In this document: positions 25,253 through 39,467 of the stretch, piece after piece | How positions within the stretch are numbered: position 1 is the stretch's first letter | Layout: each line of letters starts with the position of its first letter | NCBI RefSeq assembly: GCF_006345805.1 | Contig: NC_043009.1 | Span: forward strand, 4,898,001-4,962,000 | Direction: 5' to 3' | Source: Octopus sinensis | Taxonomy: Eukaryota | Length of the DNA: 64,000 nt | Program-made: the position numbers and the translations under genes | Notes under the pieces: model-generated | Seen by the model: the letters and a program-made list of their open reading frames with translations, nothing else | Told to the model about the DNA's origin: nothing | The model's database searches: none

Positions 25253-26847
25253 ATGCTCAGAGAGGATTCGTAGTTTATTCTCCAGGTAAATGAAAGCAGT
25301 TGAATACAGGTATTTAAAATTGATACAATATCATCTATCTATCTAGCTCGCTTTTAATGTTACTTGTGAATAGTAACGCACTAGCATTTTCTAAAATTTA
25401 CTGCTTAGTATTACAACAGCGTAGTTTTGTTTCTTTTTTGCGTTTCTAGGATTAGTTAGAAGGACAATATACGCAGATAAACAATTTTAAATAGCAATAA
25501 ATCGAGCCATTATATTAGTGATATTAATTTTACAGTGATTTAAATTAATGAAGGACAAGGTCTATCTTGCTTTAATTTTGCTTGTCTAGTAGAAGAATTA
25601 CTAAATTATGTCTACAGTTTTTCCTTGTTTAAATGTAAACTAACTGATATAGAACAAATCTATCATCAAAGATATTACATGTATGACGTTCCGGCACATT
25701 TTATTTTACCTGGTAGATTATTCATAGAAGACCTCATAATTTAAGGTGCGTATATAACTTGTCTATGTATTTTAAGATAGCACTGTCATTCTTAGCAGAT
25801 TCGGTAGCTATTTCTAGTAGTTTATTGGTTCGTCGTGTGTTAGAATGTTATGAGTTGACAGCGAAACAAGTTTGGGAATGTTTCTGCAGCTTATCAACTA
25901 CTGCCTGTTGTTTTTCCTTTTTTTAATTAAGACTTGGCGAAAAAAATCAATATTCATATAACAATGAAAACACCATTAAATTGTTAGGCTTTTAATTTAA
26001 TTTTCAGATCCTTTCTATCCTTATCAGATTAAAAAAGTCACTTTCGTGTTTCATTGAAATTCAGGAGCTGCTATTCAGAATTCCCATAAAAATCGATCCC
26101 TGGCGATGTTTTTGATTTCTATAAGTCAATAATCATCTCGTAATGGAAAATGGGTGAATGTAGGAAACAAGGGGAAGTTTAACTAGAAACTGATATGTTG
26201 CTTAGTGATTTAAAAAGTTGCATATATACAATAAACATTCTATGATTACCCCGTATGGGAACTAATATATAAATTGGGATTGTGGTTGAGAATGGGGGAG
26301 AAAGTCATCCTTTTTAGGGCAGAAGACAATTGTGAAGTTTGATGCTTAGCAATTTAATGATAATAAAAGAGTACGAAACAATCAAGTCGAAAGAAATAGG
26401 AGCGATATTTCTCTTAAATCACATCATGTGCCTTTAAAACAAAAGCGAACGTATTGAGATACAAGGTCAGGTTGAAACACTTTAGATCATAAGCTTAATC
26501 GATGATCAAGTTTGAATTGTGACTACACAACAGCAACAAAAAGAACGTCAGTAACAAATTATATTCCCATAAAAATCACGTGTTGCTCAAACAAATAGAA
26601 ATGGCAGCCATATTTTCCTTAAATCATCTTTACCGTATTTACTGAGGTGGTAGGTTCTGATTAATTTTGCTTGAAGAAATAAAGAAAAGAACCAAAATAA
26701 ATGGAATTTGATCTGCAGTGCGTCCGAAATTTCCCCGATCACAGATTCGACAACTTGATATATATTTTGGTCTTTGTTCCACAAGATTTTTAAAAATGCT
26801 TTTCGCATATCGGTGGTGATTAGTTATTGTAGAGTAATCTGGTTTAC

Positions 26848-27060
26848 CTCTGTATTGTTTAAATTGCTTGATACGTGCGGAAACAAGTTCTTTTAATAAC
26901 ACTTGTGTAACTGTTGCTACTACTCCTAAGCTTACTCTAGCCTTTGAGGTAGTACATGTGAAGACTACTAATTCTTGGGTAAACAGCAAAGCATACAAAA
27001 CCGTTGAAGAGTTCGTCCAAAAACAAGAATCGTTCAAGCGCACTATCGTCTGCACGTGCC
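26848..27060 (-). other. candidate exon, 213 nt, unidentified
   Basis: Minus strand: gctaac branch-like motif about 15 nt upstream of acag, open frame HVQTIVRLNDSCFWTNSS...KQFKQYR, donor gtaaac (alternative gtaagc at 26935). The pyrimidine tract is weak and no homolog was recognised. Confidence 0.2.
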
Positions 27061-27287
27061 CTGTTATCACATAGGTTAGCTAGTACGCGTGCGCAATAAT
27101 TAAATAGGGCCTCACTTTTCAGGATGAGTGTGAGGAATGAATAATCTGTAATTATATCGGTAAAAGTGAACGAAGAAATCCTGCTGTGTATAAACCAGAT
27201 ACCCGTAGGCAGATGCAAAAAGAGAGCGATTAAATTGGTATAAATTATTCATATATTTAAAAATATTATCTTTAATTGGTTTTACAA

Positions 27288-27400
27288 AGTGGCGAGCTGA
27301 CAGAACCGTTACCACGCCAGGTAAAATGCTGAGCAGCATTTCCTCCGTCTTTGCGTTCAAATTCCGCCGAGGTTAACTTTGTATTTAATCTTTTTGGCTT
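27288..27400 (+). mobile_element. SINE family B, 5' fragment
   Basis: ggcgagctgacagaaccgtt...gttcaaattccgccgagg. Confidence 0.7.
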
Positions 27401-27530
27401 CGATGAAATGATATAATCTTTCTTCTAACAGTTATTTTAGAGAGTAAACCATTCATTTTCAAAAATTTTAATGTACCAGGGGGCCAAATCAAATTGTCTT
27501 TCCCGCTCATAACTCATATCTCTCTCCCCG

Positions 27531-27586
<56 letters not shown>

Positions 27587-29159
27587 ATATATATCTGTCT
27601 CTCTCTCGTTCTCTTGTTCTTTCTCTCTCTCCCCCTCTCTCTCTCTCTCAATATATATATATATATATATATATGAGCGTGCCTCTCTGTTACTGGAAAA
27701 ATCATTCTATATTTTCTGCTCTGTTGGTTATTGATTTGTACATCTCACTGAAATGGAAATAGATTTTGATTTAAATTGCTTAAAACTTCCCCAATAGAAG
27801 AATATTATTACAGGTAGTTTGTATCTTCGACTGCTATTCATAGTGAAGCTTGTTTATATCCTTACGTAAAGATAAATATACTATTTTGTTATATTACCTG
27901 ATTGGATTATCGAAATGTTTGTTGTAAAACAAGTATAGAAAGTTATGTAGATAGATCTATTCTATTATGAATTTGAGTTTATTGACATAGTTTTTCTTGT
28001 AAAAACCTTATATATAGGGCCCAAAAACTGAATGTAGTCATTTCAAGAAGAATTCACAGAGGTCGTCAGTTTCTTAATTTCGTTTAGTGTACATAGTGGA
28101 GATCATGAAAACAAAAAGCATTTTCAACCACACTAAGCTTTCTATGTTTCATCAAGATCCTAATGCAAGAGAAGAATCTAAAAATTCCACAAAGGCTTAT
28201 GATTAAGCTTAAGTAAATGAAGAAGCCTACAAAAACTGGTGTGAGAAACTCAGACGTAACAATTTCAGTTTCCTTGCTGAGCATAATGCTTACGTCCTTC
28301 CGAATTAAAGAACGAAATGCTACTGCAACGATTAGAAAAACCCTGACGTGACACTGAAGCAGCTATCAACTGAAATGTGGTATTATGACCTTTGATGATC
28401 ATTTGAAGAAGCTAGGCAATGTTTGAAAGTGGAGAAAATAAAATTCTCAGGATTTTCGGCGCTATATTTTGTCAGCAAAATCTTGACTGATGGGAATCAC
28501 TCCATAAACACCATGCATCATTTCTGAATACAACCGTGACTTGATATGGGAAAAGGTATCTATCATGTGTATTGGTTGAAGTATTCTAGCGACGGAGAAA
28601 ACACTGTGCAGAATTTAGTTTCTCTTTTCTTTCAAATTTCAAACCAAGGCTCAATGAAACAATTTATTGCACGAAAAACTTCAAACATGTGTTCCAAATG
28701 CCTTTATCGTTTACGCTAGGCCTCGGCATTTCCTCTGTAGTATCAGACTGAAAAGGCAAGGATCTTACAATGTTTGTAGTTCAATGTTTGTAGTTTCTGT
28801 CATCGATGATAATTAATGATTCCCTTAATACAAAATATGATCAATATTTTACGAAAACCCGATACATTCGTGTTATTATCATTTAACATGACAAACACGA
28901 GCTCGTGTTCGTGTCTCTTCTCAATTCGCATTTTCCCCGAAGCAATAATGCTTGTATGTATACTCTTTTTCTAGGAGCTTAGTGTACTCTCTTCGTACGT
29001 TATTAATATTTTCGTGCTTTCGTCCACAGTTTGTGCACTTCTTCTCAGGTTGACTTTTATCACTCGCTCTTACCTTTATCAAAATTGTTACGACAGCATT
29101 TCTTGAACAGCTATAATTAGAGATTCAGTGTATCTATTCATGTTTCGATTTATTCCTTT

Positions 29160-29260
29160 CCAATCTTCTTCTTCTTCTTCTTCTTCTTCTTCTTCTTCTT
29201 CTTCTTCTCCTTCTTCTCCTTCTCCTCCTCCTCCTCCTTTACCTCCCCCTCTATACTTCT
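29160..29260. repeat. (TTC)n/(TCC)n tract
   Basis: Polypyrimidine triplet run. Confidence 0.9.
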
Positions 29261-29519
29261 CTTCTTTGTATATATTGTCTATTTTCATACCGTTCTCCAG
29301 CATATACCTCATTGTTATGTCCAACAACCATTCTATTTTTGCTACCTACGCCTTCGTTGCTGTTCCATAATAAATATTTTTATTGTAGACACTAACGACG
29401 CTCATTATAATAATATTCATACAGAGTGTAACAATATACGTACGTATACATACATACATGTTCTTGAATGTGCACATAAAAAAATAGAAGCATTTACACA
29501 AGTATGCTCATTCGTTCTC

Positions 29520-29527
29520 TACCATAT

Positions 29528-29563
<36 letters not shown>

Positions 29564-29566
29564 CAC

Positions 29567-29623
<57 letters not shown>

Positions 29624-29629
29624 ACATAC

Positions 29630-29663
<34 letters not shown>

Positions 29664-29855
29664 GTGTGTTCGTACACATTGTTCCTTTGAATATTTCATA
29701 TATGTATTTTTATGGGTTTTTGATTACATGAAAATATTTAGGTGTGAATGATCATGGATGTGTATAACACACAGACACACACACACGCACACACACACAC
29801 CACACACACACACACACAAACACAAACACATATATACTCATATATTTATATATTC

Positions 29856-29886
<31 letters not shown>

Positions 29887-29925
29887 TATGTCTGCTTTCT
29901 AATCGTCTGAGTATGTATACGTACA

Positions 29926-29974
<49 letters not shown>

Positions 29975-29975
29975 T

Positions 29976-30025
<50 letters not shown>

Positions 30026-30030
30026 CATAT

Positions 30031-30081
<51 letters not shown>

Positions 30082-30723
30082 ATATATATATGCATGTACG
30101 TATATATGCAGAGACGCATACAAAGCAGACACAGGCTTGTATTCATAAATACATAAAAATATCCGTTCGTACATAAATATATGCATGCAATTATTACATA
30201 GATGTATCCCTCTCTCTATATGGATTATGTATGTGTGTATGTGTGTGTGTGTATGTGTGTGTTTGTGTGTGTGTGTATGCATACACAAATGCATATATGT
30301 GTTTATAAACATATTTTTTTTTTATTATTCGGTAATACGGGCAACTTAGATTTAATGGTCCATTCCAAGCTGTCATGAAAGTAATATTATTGATGTGTGA
30401 CTTCAGTGTAGAGCGATGCTAATGTATCATTATCTTCTCCAGCAGCCCCTATTAATACCCGAGCAATGGTAGCTAGACATTCTATTTTATCTTTTATGAT
30501 ATCCTCGTGATTTATATCGCGATAACATCTTGCTCCATTTCATTCGTTGTTGTCTGTAGGTACATTTGCATGTATGTGTATATATGCGTCGTGGTGTATC
30601 CGGGTGAGTACGTGCGTATAGGCGGGTAATGTGTATAAATATGCATGTATACTTTATAGAATATATATATTATATATATATAATATATATATATATATAC
30701 TATATATATATATAGATATATAT

Positions 30724-30759
<36 letters not shown>

Positions 30760-30928
30760 GACGTGCACATAAACAGACGCACACAGACACATATATATGT
30801 ATATACGTATATATATATGTATCTATGTATGTATGTATATATATATATATATATAATATATATATATATATATGGAGGTTATATATTTCTACATACATAT
30901 GTATGTATGTGTATATATATATATATAT

Positions 30929-31009
<81 letters not shown>

Positions 31010-31078
31010 GTGCACATAAACAGACGCACACAGACACATATATATGTATATACGTATATATATATGTATCTATGTATG

Positions 31079-31121
<43 letters not shown>

Positions 31122-31311
31122 AGGTTTATATATTTCTACATACATATGTATGTATGTGTATATATATATATAAATGTATGTATATATATATGTATATATA
31201 TATGTATATATAATATATATATATGTATGTATGCATCTATCTATCTGTCTGTCTGTTTGTATATGTATGTGTGTACGTGTTGCGAGTGATCATGTGTGAG
31301 CATGTATGTGT

Positions 31312-31370
<59 letters not shown>

Positions 31371-31550
31371 GTGTATGTGTGAGTATCCCTCTGTGTGTCT
31401 ATGCTCGAAATTTTATATATATTTTCAATATGTGTATATATAAGTATAAATATCTTTAACATGCGCATCCATATATATATATGTATACGTATACATATAT
31501 ACATACCTACATACCTACATACACGTATATATATATATATATATATATGA
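29520..31550. repeat. large (TA)/(CA)/(TG) microsatellite cluster containing a roughly 247 bp tandem duplication
   Basis: Several TA arrays; the unique core gacgtgcacataaacagacgcacacagac occurs at 30760 and 31007. Confidence 0.9.
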
Positions 31551-31890
31551 TTCTGTATGTGTTTGCTTGTCGAATATTCCTCAACCTTTAATATATTTTT
31601 TTTTACTCTTGTGTGTCAAATATATTTGACGCTCTTCTCTATATTTCGCTGCAATTAAATATTTATGGAGCAAGCATTCCTTAATAGCATATTACCATTT
31701 CTACCATGAGAATGCTGAGTGTCCCTCATTAGTCGGTAAAATAACTTTTATATAACCAGACGTATTTATACGGTCTTGCACCTGGTCGAACATGAATATA
31801 TGTAGACATATAGCGTACACACAAGACCCAAACTCATACACACACACACACAACACACACACACACACAACACACACACACACACACACA

Positions 31891-31932
<42 letters not shown>

Positions 31933-33869
31933 CTTAGGACATTGCGTTATAAATAGCCCGGTGTAGAACTCAATATAGGGTTGCTCCTAAAAGAAGCGTT
32001 AGTCGAGTGCAGAGCTGTGATAATAAAAGAGATGACGAAGGAATTTGCTATTATCTTATGAATTTCATTAGCTTACTGTCGTTTCCACATAAAATGTGGC
32101 GAAGTCATCGATGAGTGCCTGACTAACACCTTCGAGGTTCATCAGAGCCCGAAACGGGAAATGCATTTCATGTAAGAAGCTCTTAAAGAGAGAGAGAGGG
32201 AGGCAGACGGAAGACAGATAGACAGAGGGAGGAAGAGAGAAAGAGGGAGAGGGAAAGACAGAGAGAGAGAGAGAGACGGAGAGAGAGAGAAAGCGCGAGA
32301 AAGAGAGAGAAAGAAAATGTGAGCGAAATTAAGATGTGAGAAATTATATTAACGTATGTACCTGCTTTTATACAGATGCACTAATACAAAGTGTCACCTA
32401 CATATGCTCCAATTTACACATCCACTCGCATAGATCTAGTAGCGAATTGACCCGCAAATAACATGCTGTAATATACTGAATATACAGGGTTAAACACTGC
32501 TCGGGTGAAAAAGTTAAGTAACGTGAATAGCTCCAAGTGTTTCTTGAACAACGAAACACCTGAAAATATGACAGAAATTCTGCCAACATGAACAAAAGTT
32601 GGTAACACATCTCTCCTCTTAGGACTCACTTTAATGAATTTAGATTATTTCCTGTAACGAGCAAGAAAGTCAGTTTACATTAAGAATATTAATGTAAATG
32701 TACATCTGACGTGGTTCGGCAAGATACGAATTTCCTCTGCAGCGGGTAACATTCGGGCTTCCATACATCCAAGTTGGTTTTCAGTCAGTAAATTGTAGCA
32801 ACTATTGTTTACAGTTATTTTCCCTTCGAACAACTCTGTGAATAATTCATTTACATATTTCTCGACGCCTTTACTCCCACACCTATATATATATATATAT
32901 ATATATATAATTATTGCAAATTTATAAACAAGCTACCTTACTTTCTTGCTTGTTATATTGACACATCGAATTTGAGAGAAGAGATGTTGAAGATTATCTT
33001 GGTAAATCTGATTAGCACGTTTTCCGTGATTACTGAATATTCCTCTTTCGAGCCAGTCGTGTAAACTTCTTCATTCTGGTCGAAAGTCTTCTTAAAACTA
33101 AATGCTTGAAGCTATAAGTAACACCCCAGTATCTTTCGCAATACGTAGTAAATTGATTTATTTACATATCCTTATTGAGAGCAGACACATTAACACATAT
33201 ATATATCTATCTTTCCTTTGTAAAATCTGTCTCTGAAATTTATGTACGTATTCTTATAGTCGGGTTAGAATTGTTCCTAGTTTGAATCGTTCTGTAAGTA
33301 TATAACGTTATAGTAAGTATATCTTTCTGAATTCTATTGCTGTTTTCATCTTGAAGATCAAATGAATTGCACTTGTATGTAAACAATATCAAGAAACCCT
33401 GTCATATTTCGCCAGTACTTGTATCATAAACCCACGACTAATTGAAACTCAAACATCTATTACATTCATTGAAGTTCCCCAAATTTATTGATATATATAT
33501 ATATATATATAACTTAATATACGCAATAGTTAAAATAAGAGATATTTATAGCTTCTTGACATTGAGACGCTGTAACTAGGTTTAAGTAGCGTGCATTGCT
33601 TCTGAAAGTAATCTTTGGGCTTAGGGCACGAGGTTGGTTCTCTTTGGAAATATGGACATGATACACCACGAGAAGAAAGAGACGAGAAGTTTGACGCAAA
33701 AAGTGGAATGAGAAGACACAAGGAGAGGAAAAAAAACGGAAAAGAGGGGAAAAAAGAACGAAAATTTAGAGTTACATCTACTTTGACGGTAGAACTCATA
33801 ATTAATCTTGCAGGTGTAGAATAATTCAACGATGAAGAGACTAGAAACCTGCCAGTCAGCTGCTCAATA

Positions 33870-34172
33870 AAAAGTGGGTTTTGTTTGTTCCTTTTCGAGC
33901 CACGCCTGGCTCATTAGGGCCCGTTTCACGGTTTCCTTGGCGTATAGGTTCCCCACCTGGACGGGACGCCGGTCCGTTGCAGGTGAGCTGGAAAATGCAG
34001 GAGGAAAAAGTGAAAGTTGTGGCGAAAGAGTCAGCAGAAGTTCACCATTACCTTCTGCCGGAGCCGCGTGAAGCTTAGGTGTTTCGCTCATTAACACACA
34101 CATCGCCCAGTCTGAGATTCTGACCCGCGATCCTTCGACCACGAGCCCACTGCTCTAACCACTAGGCCATGT
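33870..34172 (-). mobile_element. tRNA-derived SINE (C/D-related)
   Basis: Reverse-complement head cacatggcctagtggttagagcagtggg...gggtcagaatctcagac; body shares motifs with 391-641 and 20960-21151. Confidence 0.75.
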
Positions 34173-34482
34173 GGTGATAACGCCCAGTTCGACAAAAGGA
34201 TGATCATGTGCTTGAATTTGCTGAAAATTTCAGATCTGGAATTAAGTAATGTGCTTGAATTCTTGGATCTGAAGAGGATGTGCATAAGCTGCATTTTTCT
34301 TTTATCCTTTTGTATATAGCATCCATTTCCTCACCTTTTACCATGTGATTGCGTGTGACGTGCCAATGGTCTTGAAACCCTATACGAGGCAAGTTTGCTT
34401 TGTGGCTTTATTTTTTATATGTATATGGTGGTTTGCATAATATTTTTTAAAGTTGCTTTCGCATAAACTGTCGTAATGTAGA

Positions 34483-34783
34483 AGACTTTGCCTTTCATCC
34501 TTTCGGGATCGATAAATTAAATACCAGTTACGCACTGGGGTCGATATAATCGACTTAATCCGTTTGTCTGTCCTTGTTTGTCCTCTCTGTATTTAGCCCC
34601 TCTGGGTAGTAAAGAAATAAGTATTTCGTCTGCCGCTACGTTCTGAATACAAATTCCGCCGAGGTCGACATTAACTTTTATCATTTCAGGGTCGATAAAT
34701 TAAGTACCAGTTGCGTACTGCAGTCGATATAATCGACTGGCACTCTTCTCAAAAATTTCGGGCCTTGTGCCTAGAGTAGAAAA
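34483..34783 (+). mobile_element. SINE family B dimer, 5'-truncated
   Basis: gactttgcctttcatcctttcggg..., junction gtaaagaaataag|tatttcgtc, second unit; followed by a short inverted family B fragment to about 34880. Confidence 0.82.
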
Positions 34784-37783
34784 GAAAGGATGGAAGTTAA
34801 AGTCGACGTCGGCGGAGTTTCAACTCAGAACATAAAGGCGAAAGAATTGCCGGGAAGTATTTTACTAATTATTCTGCCAGCTCAATAATAATATTGTGTT
34901 CTGTGTATTTTTGGAGGTGTGATCTAGTCGAAAGATATAATGATTATGCAAAATATCTACACTATGCAGGCAAAACGGCTAAGAATGAAGATAAACATGT
35001 AAGAAAGGTTTTGCTCACACTGAAGCCAGTATTAACGTGCCTGGCGAAAGGAAAATGAGATGAGTGAGAACCGTTAAAGCCAGTTGGAAGTACCTAGGAG
35101 GAGAATGACAATCTCTGTGCTGCCATGGACTTACCCGTCCGTTATGACCTCCATCACCGCCTAAAATAAACTATCCAAGTAAAATTATTTTAAAATAGAA
35201 ATAGGACGTATTGTGTGAAATAATTATAAAAGAACCAATAAAATCTGAACCACTATTTATGATACAATGACATTATTATATTCTTAAAATCAATAACATT
35301 TCCCACAAAATACACAGCAATAGCTGTATTTGGTACAACTCCTGGAGAATTTTCATAAATCATGTAAGACGTAAGACACATTGTAAGTTAGCTTCACCCT
35401 ATAAACTAAAACGATTTACACGATACCCTCCCTGCTTCTCTTGTCCCCAAATATTACTCTATGTCAATTGCAGTGGTCTTTACTTGAAATAAATATTTTG
35501 TATTTGAAGTAAAAGATTTTTATAGAATGTGCATGAATTTCTAAATATACAAATGCAACAGATTTTAAAGTACAGGAACGTATTAAATACCTATTTCATT
35601 AATCAATAATTGATTCATATTTAACAATGAAAAACACGAGCGTGATATATTATGATTTTCTATTTCATGCTTGGAAGTTTTTGAGATAAACAATTCTTTA
35701 TTTTTATCATCAACGAAATGAAAATCTCATTTCTTTTTTCTTTTTTGCATTTAGTGTTAGCAAGTGAAGACAATCCCAATTGATAAAATATGAAAGAGAA
35801 AACTAAATAAAAATCGATAAAACGTTTTAAACTTTTCAATGATTTTCTTTTATAGAAATCAAAAATGTGTCAGTAGGTAAGTTTGCGTGCTAAATTTTAA
35901 GTCCACAAACGTTGGATATTGAAGTCATATTTTTTCTATATCACAATTTCAGAACTGTCAGATTGAAATTTTTATAAGAAAGTTCCATAGCTAAATATAA
36001 TTGTCTGTGTTTAATGATGAACCTAAAATTCATTTGTCATTCAGAGTTGTGAGATATCCAACAACAACAGAATATATATTTTTGGGGGGATTTACATATT
36101 AATGGAAATATATGGACGCTACTGTTTTATCTCCGTTTTTCGAACCAACATTTTTCTACATTGCAATCAATTTATTTTTTCTTATGCTTTGAGAATATTT
36201 TCATCTTTCTTTGCAAACCAGCTTTGGTATTAGATTAATGTGAAAAAGAAAAGACAATTGCGAAACATACCATTGTACAAATATATGCATCGCAGTACAT
36301 TCTGTAAAAGCTTTCGAGATTTTCCATTTCCAAAAACGCCGGTAATTCTCTCTGGGGCTCATATATGGAGTGGATTCTCATTTCTATTTTTTTTAAATAA
36401 CTAATATTCATTTATCTGCTTTTAATGATTTAAACAACTTCAGTATTTTTTAAGCATCTGTTATTGTTTCGTGACGAGTACTGTCTTATGTATCATGTAA
36501 TAAACCTTATAGCATTAGTATTTCTCTGATATATTTCCAATACAAAATGTCATTTTTTATAGAGTCTACTGTGAATGATGCTACTTTAGTACAAAGCATG
36601 GCCAATGTGAATAATACAGAATCCACCTATAGTATGTTGTATTTCTATACAAAAATATAAACTAATGCATATCCTAGAAACGTTTGTAACATTTCAAAAA
36701 TTTTCGTAGGAAAAAAGAATACACGGAAGAAGTAAACTACTATTTATAAATAGATGTTGATGAATTGCATCTAAAGATATTTTCATCAAAGCGAAAATAA
36801 AAGCCCTAAAATCTTGGGGAAATTCTTCATTTTGCCTTTTCCAGATATGTAATTAGATTTGCGAAATTGCCAGTTTATTAACGGTATGGTTCCGTTACAT
36901 TTGATGAACGTTCTCTTTCAGATATAGACTTACAGGTCCCAAGCTTGTTCTGAATAAGCTTACCACGGTTCGTGTCTCACATTAATTATAGGAACTAATG
37001 ATATATGAAGCTTATAAACCAGCAACAACAATATGCACGCAATTCAATATTCATATCTAATTTCATTTATTTTGTAAATCCCTACTTAAATTATTCAATC
37101 TCTTGTAATCATAAAACAATATCCTCGTTTGTTTAATATGCTATCCTCATTTGACTGATAATCAATTGGGTTTTGGTTTCATTTATTCATACCCTTAAGA
37201 AGACTTTATTTTCAACACTTCAGGTCGAACATTTCTCGTGCATAAATATAGTACATTTCACGGTGCACGTTACAACTCCTTGCAGTAAATTTGTGTAGAA
37301 CAAATACAAGTGTCCCGAGGCACTATGCATGGGAAAAAATGCTTTAAAATTTACCAGCTAAAATGCAATAGAACCGGCACATTTGCATAATCAACCTCCA
37401 ATAACATTCACGTACAACATAAGGGTAACTATTCATTCATTACACAATTGTCATCAATTTAATAAAATGACTCAACATACACAGCTCACAGCAAATATTG
37501 TTCACTATATTCATCCGTAATTATTGTACACAGAAAATACAAAGCGTGATAGTCATGCAATGAAATAAAATTCTACGCTGCTTACGGATCAAATAGTAAA
37601 CTAATCTGAGAAAATTAAGAAAGTAAAAAGAGCCATATTAAACTAAAAGTGGTATTGTTTATGAGACCAATCCTATGCCTTCAGAAAGCAATAAAATCCC
37701 TACATTAATATAAGTGGAATTTCTATACATGGTGCTGTAAAAATTCGCATTAACCTGTTGAAAATGTGATCATAATATTACTG

Positions 37784-38182
37784 CTCTTTTACTCTTTTAC
37801 TTGTTTCAGTAATGTGACTGTGGCCATGCTGGAGCACTGCTTTTAGTCGAGCAAATCGACCCCAGGACTTATTCTTTGTAAGCCTAATACTTATTCTATC
37901 GGGATCTTTTGCCGAACCGCTAAGTTGTGGGGACGTAAACACATCAGCATCGGTTGTCAAGCGATGTTTAGGGGACAAACACAGACACAAAAACATATAC
38001 ATACCTATACATATATATACATATACGACGGGCTTCTTTCAGTTTCCGTCTGCCAAATCCACTCACACGGCTTTGGTCGGCCCGAGGCTATAGTAGGAGA
38101 CACTTGCCCAAGGTGCCACGCAGTGTGACTGAACCAGGAACAATGTGGTTGGTAAGCAAGCTACTTACTCCACAGCCACTCC
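37784..38182 (-). mobile_element. SINE family A, complete
   Basis: Closely matches 5940-6335 along its whole length. Confidence 0.9.
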
Positions 38183-38435
38183 TACTGATAATTTCTAACA
38201 TAACAATGCAATCAGCCATTCATGAAGAGTACAGCATCGATTTCATCGTTTCATTATTTGTCAGCTACTAATTTTTAGATAGAAAAAGACTGAGCTTAAG
38301 ATGAATCCATGCATACGATATTAAATAAATGGAACAAGAAAAAAAAAAAGAAAAAATAGACAAACAAACACTTTGTTGCTATAGCAAAAATGTTTAAATT
38401 AAAGATACGGTGAATATATGTCCCCGTCGTTTTCC

Positions 38436-39419
38436 GGGGAGTTTGAATTCCGTCATCAGCGCTATATTCGATAGCTTTATCAAATGCCACCAGCCCTCAC
38501 TTCTGACCCCGCGACATCAGATAGTGGGGGGAAGTGCGCAGATGTTAAAACCAAGTAACGACTGGGAACGTAAATTTTCCCTCCAAATTTCTGCCATGCG
38601 CGCCTTCTGGGTAATCGTAATGGAATGAGGAATCCACATGGTAATACAATAAAAATGGTAAATAATTTTCCTGTGGTTTTTCATGTAACCAACAATTATT
38701 TACCGGTAAATTTCGGTATGTAAATACGACAAAATAATTGTCAAGACCTTTGTAAGGTTCAGTATATAGTAAAGAAAAATAAGTTGGCTAGCAGCAAGCT
38801 GTTTCGCCTCATACCGAAGGAATTAGAAATGGCAGTCAAAGACCGTTTTTTCCATTTCTATAAGTGGAGATTCCAAAAAACGAAGGCCCTTGCGGCTCAC
38901 ATACACAAAACCGGAGTGGCAAATATACGAATTCAGTCACTTACCGTTAATAGCGAACACGGTGTTTCTGGATCACAAACATATAAAAAAAGGGGAGTTT
39001 GAATTCCGTCATCAGCGCTATATTCGATAGCTTTATCAAATGCCACCAGCCCTCACTTCTGACCCCGCGACATCAGATAGTGGGGGGAAGTGCGCAGATC
39101 CAGAAACACCGTGTTCGCTATTAACGGTAAGTGACTGAATTCGTATATTTGCCACTCCGGTTTTGTGTATGTGAGCCGCAAGGGCCTTCGTTTTTTGGAA
39201 TCTCCACTTATAGAAATGGAAAAAACGGTCTTTGACTGCCATTTCTAATTCCTTCGGTATGAGGCGAAACAGCTTGCTGCTAGCCAACTTATTTTTCTTT
39301 ACTATATACTGAACCTTACAAAGGTCTTGACAATTATTTTGTCGTATTTACATACCGAAATTTACCGGTAAATAATTGTTGGTTACATGAAAAACCACAG
39401 GAAAATTATTTACCATTTT

Positions 39420-39423
<4 letters not shown>
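38436..39423. repeat. complex local rearrangement: 108 bp direct repeat (38436-38543, 38992-39099) plus 327 bp inverted repeat (38648-38974, 39097-39423)
   Basis: Copies read as identical by eye; ORFs 38784..39002(+) and 39036..39287(-) share an identical N-terminal translation. Confidence 0.95.

Positions 39424-39467
<44 letters not shown>

Noticed and set aside
28250-28500. Possible old transposase HTH (RKNPDVTLKQLS)
   Set aside because: No TIRs or catalytic motifs found.
30760-31175. CRISPR-like repeat-spacer appearance
   Set aside because: Eukaryotic context, only two units, the 'spacers' are TA microsatellite, and there are no cas genes.
38784-39287. Two ORFs with the identical MASSKLFRLIPK N-terminus as a duplicated gene
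   Set aside because: The identity follows from the inverted duplication; TTG start, short, no homolog recognised.
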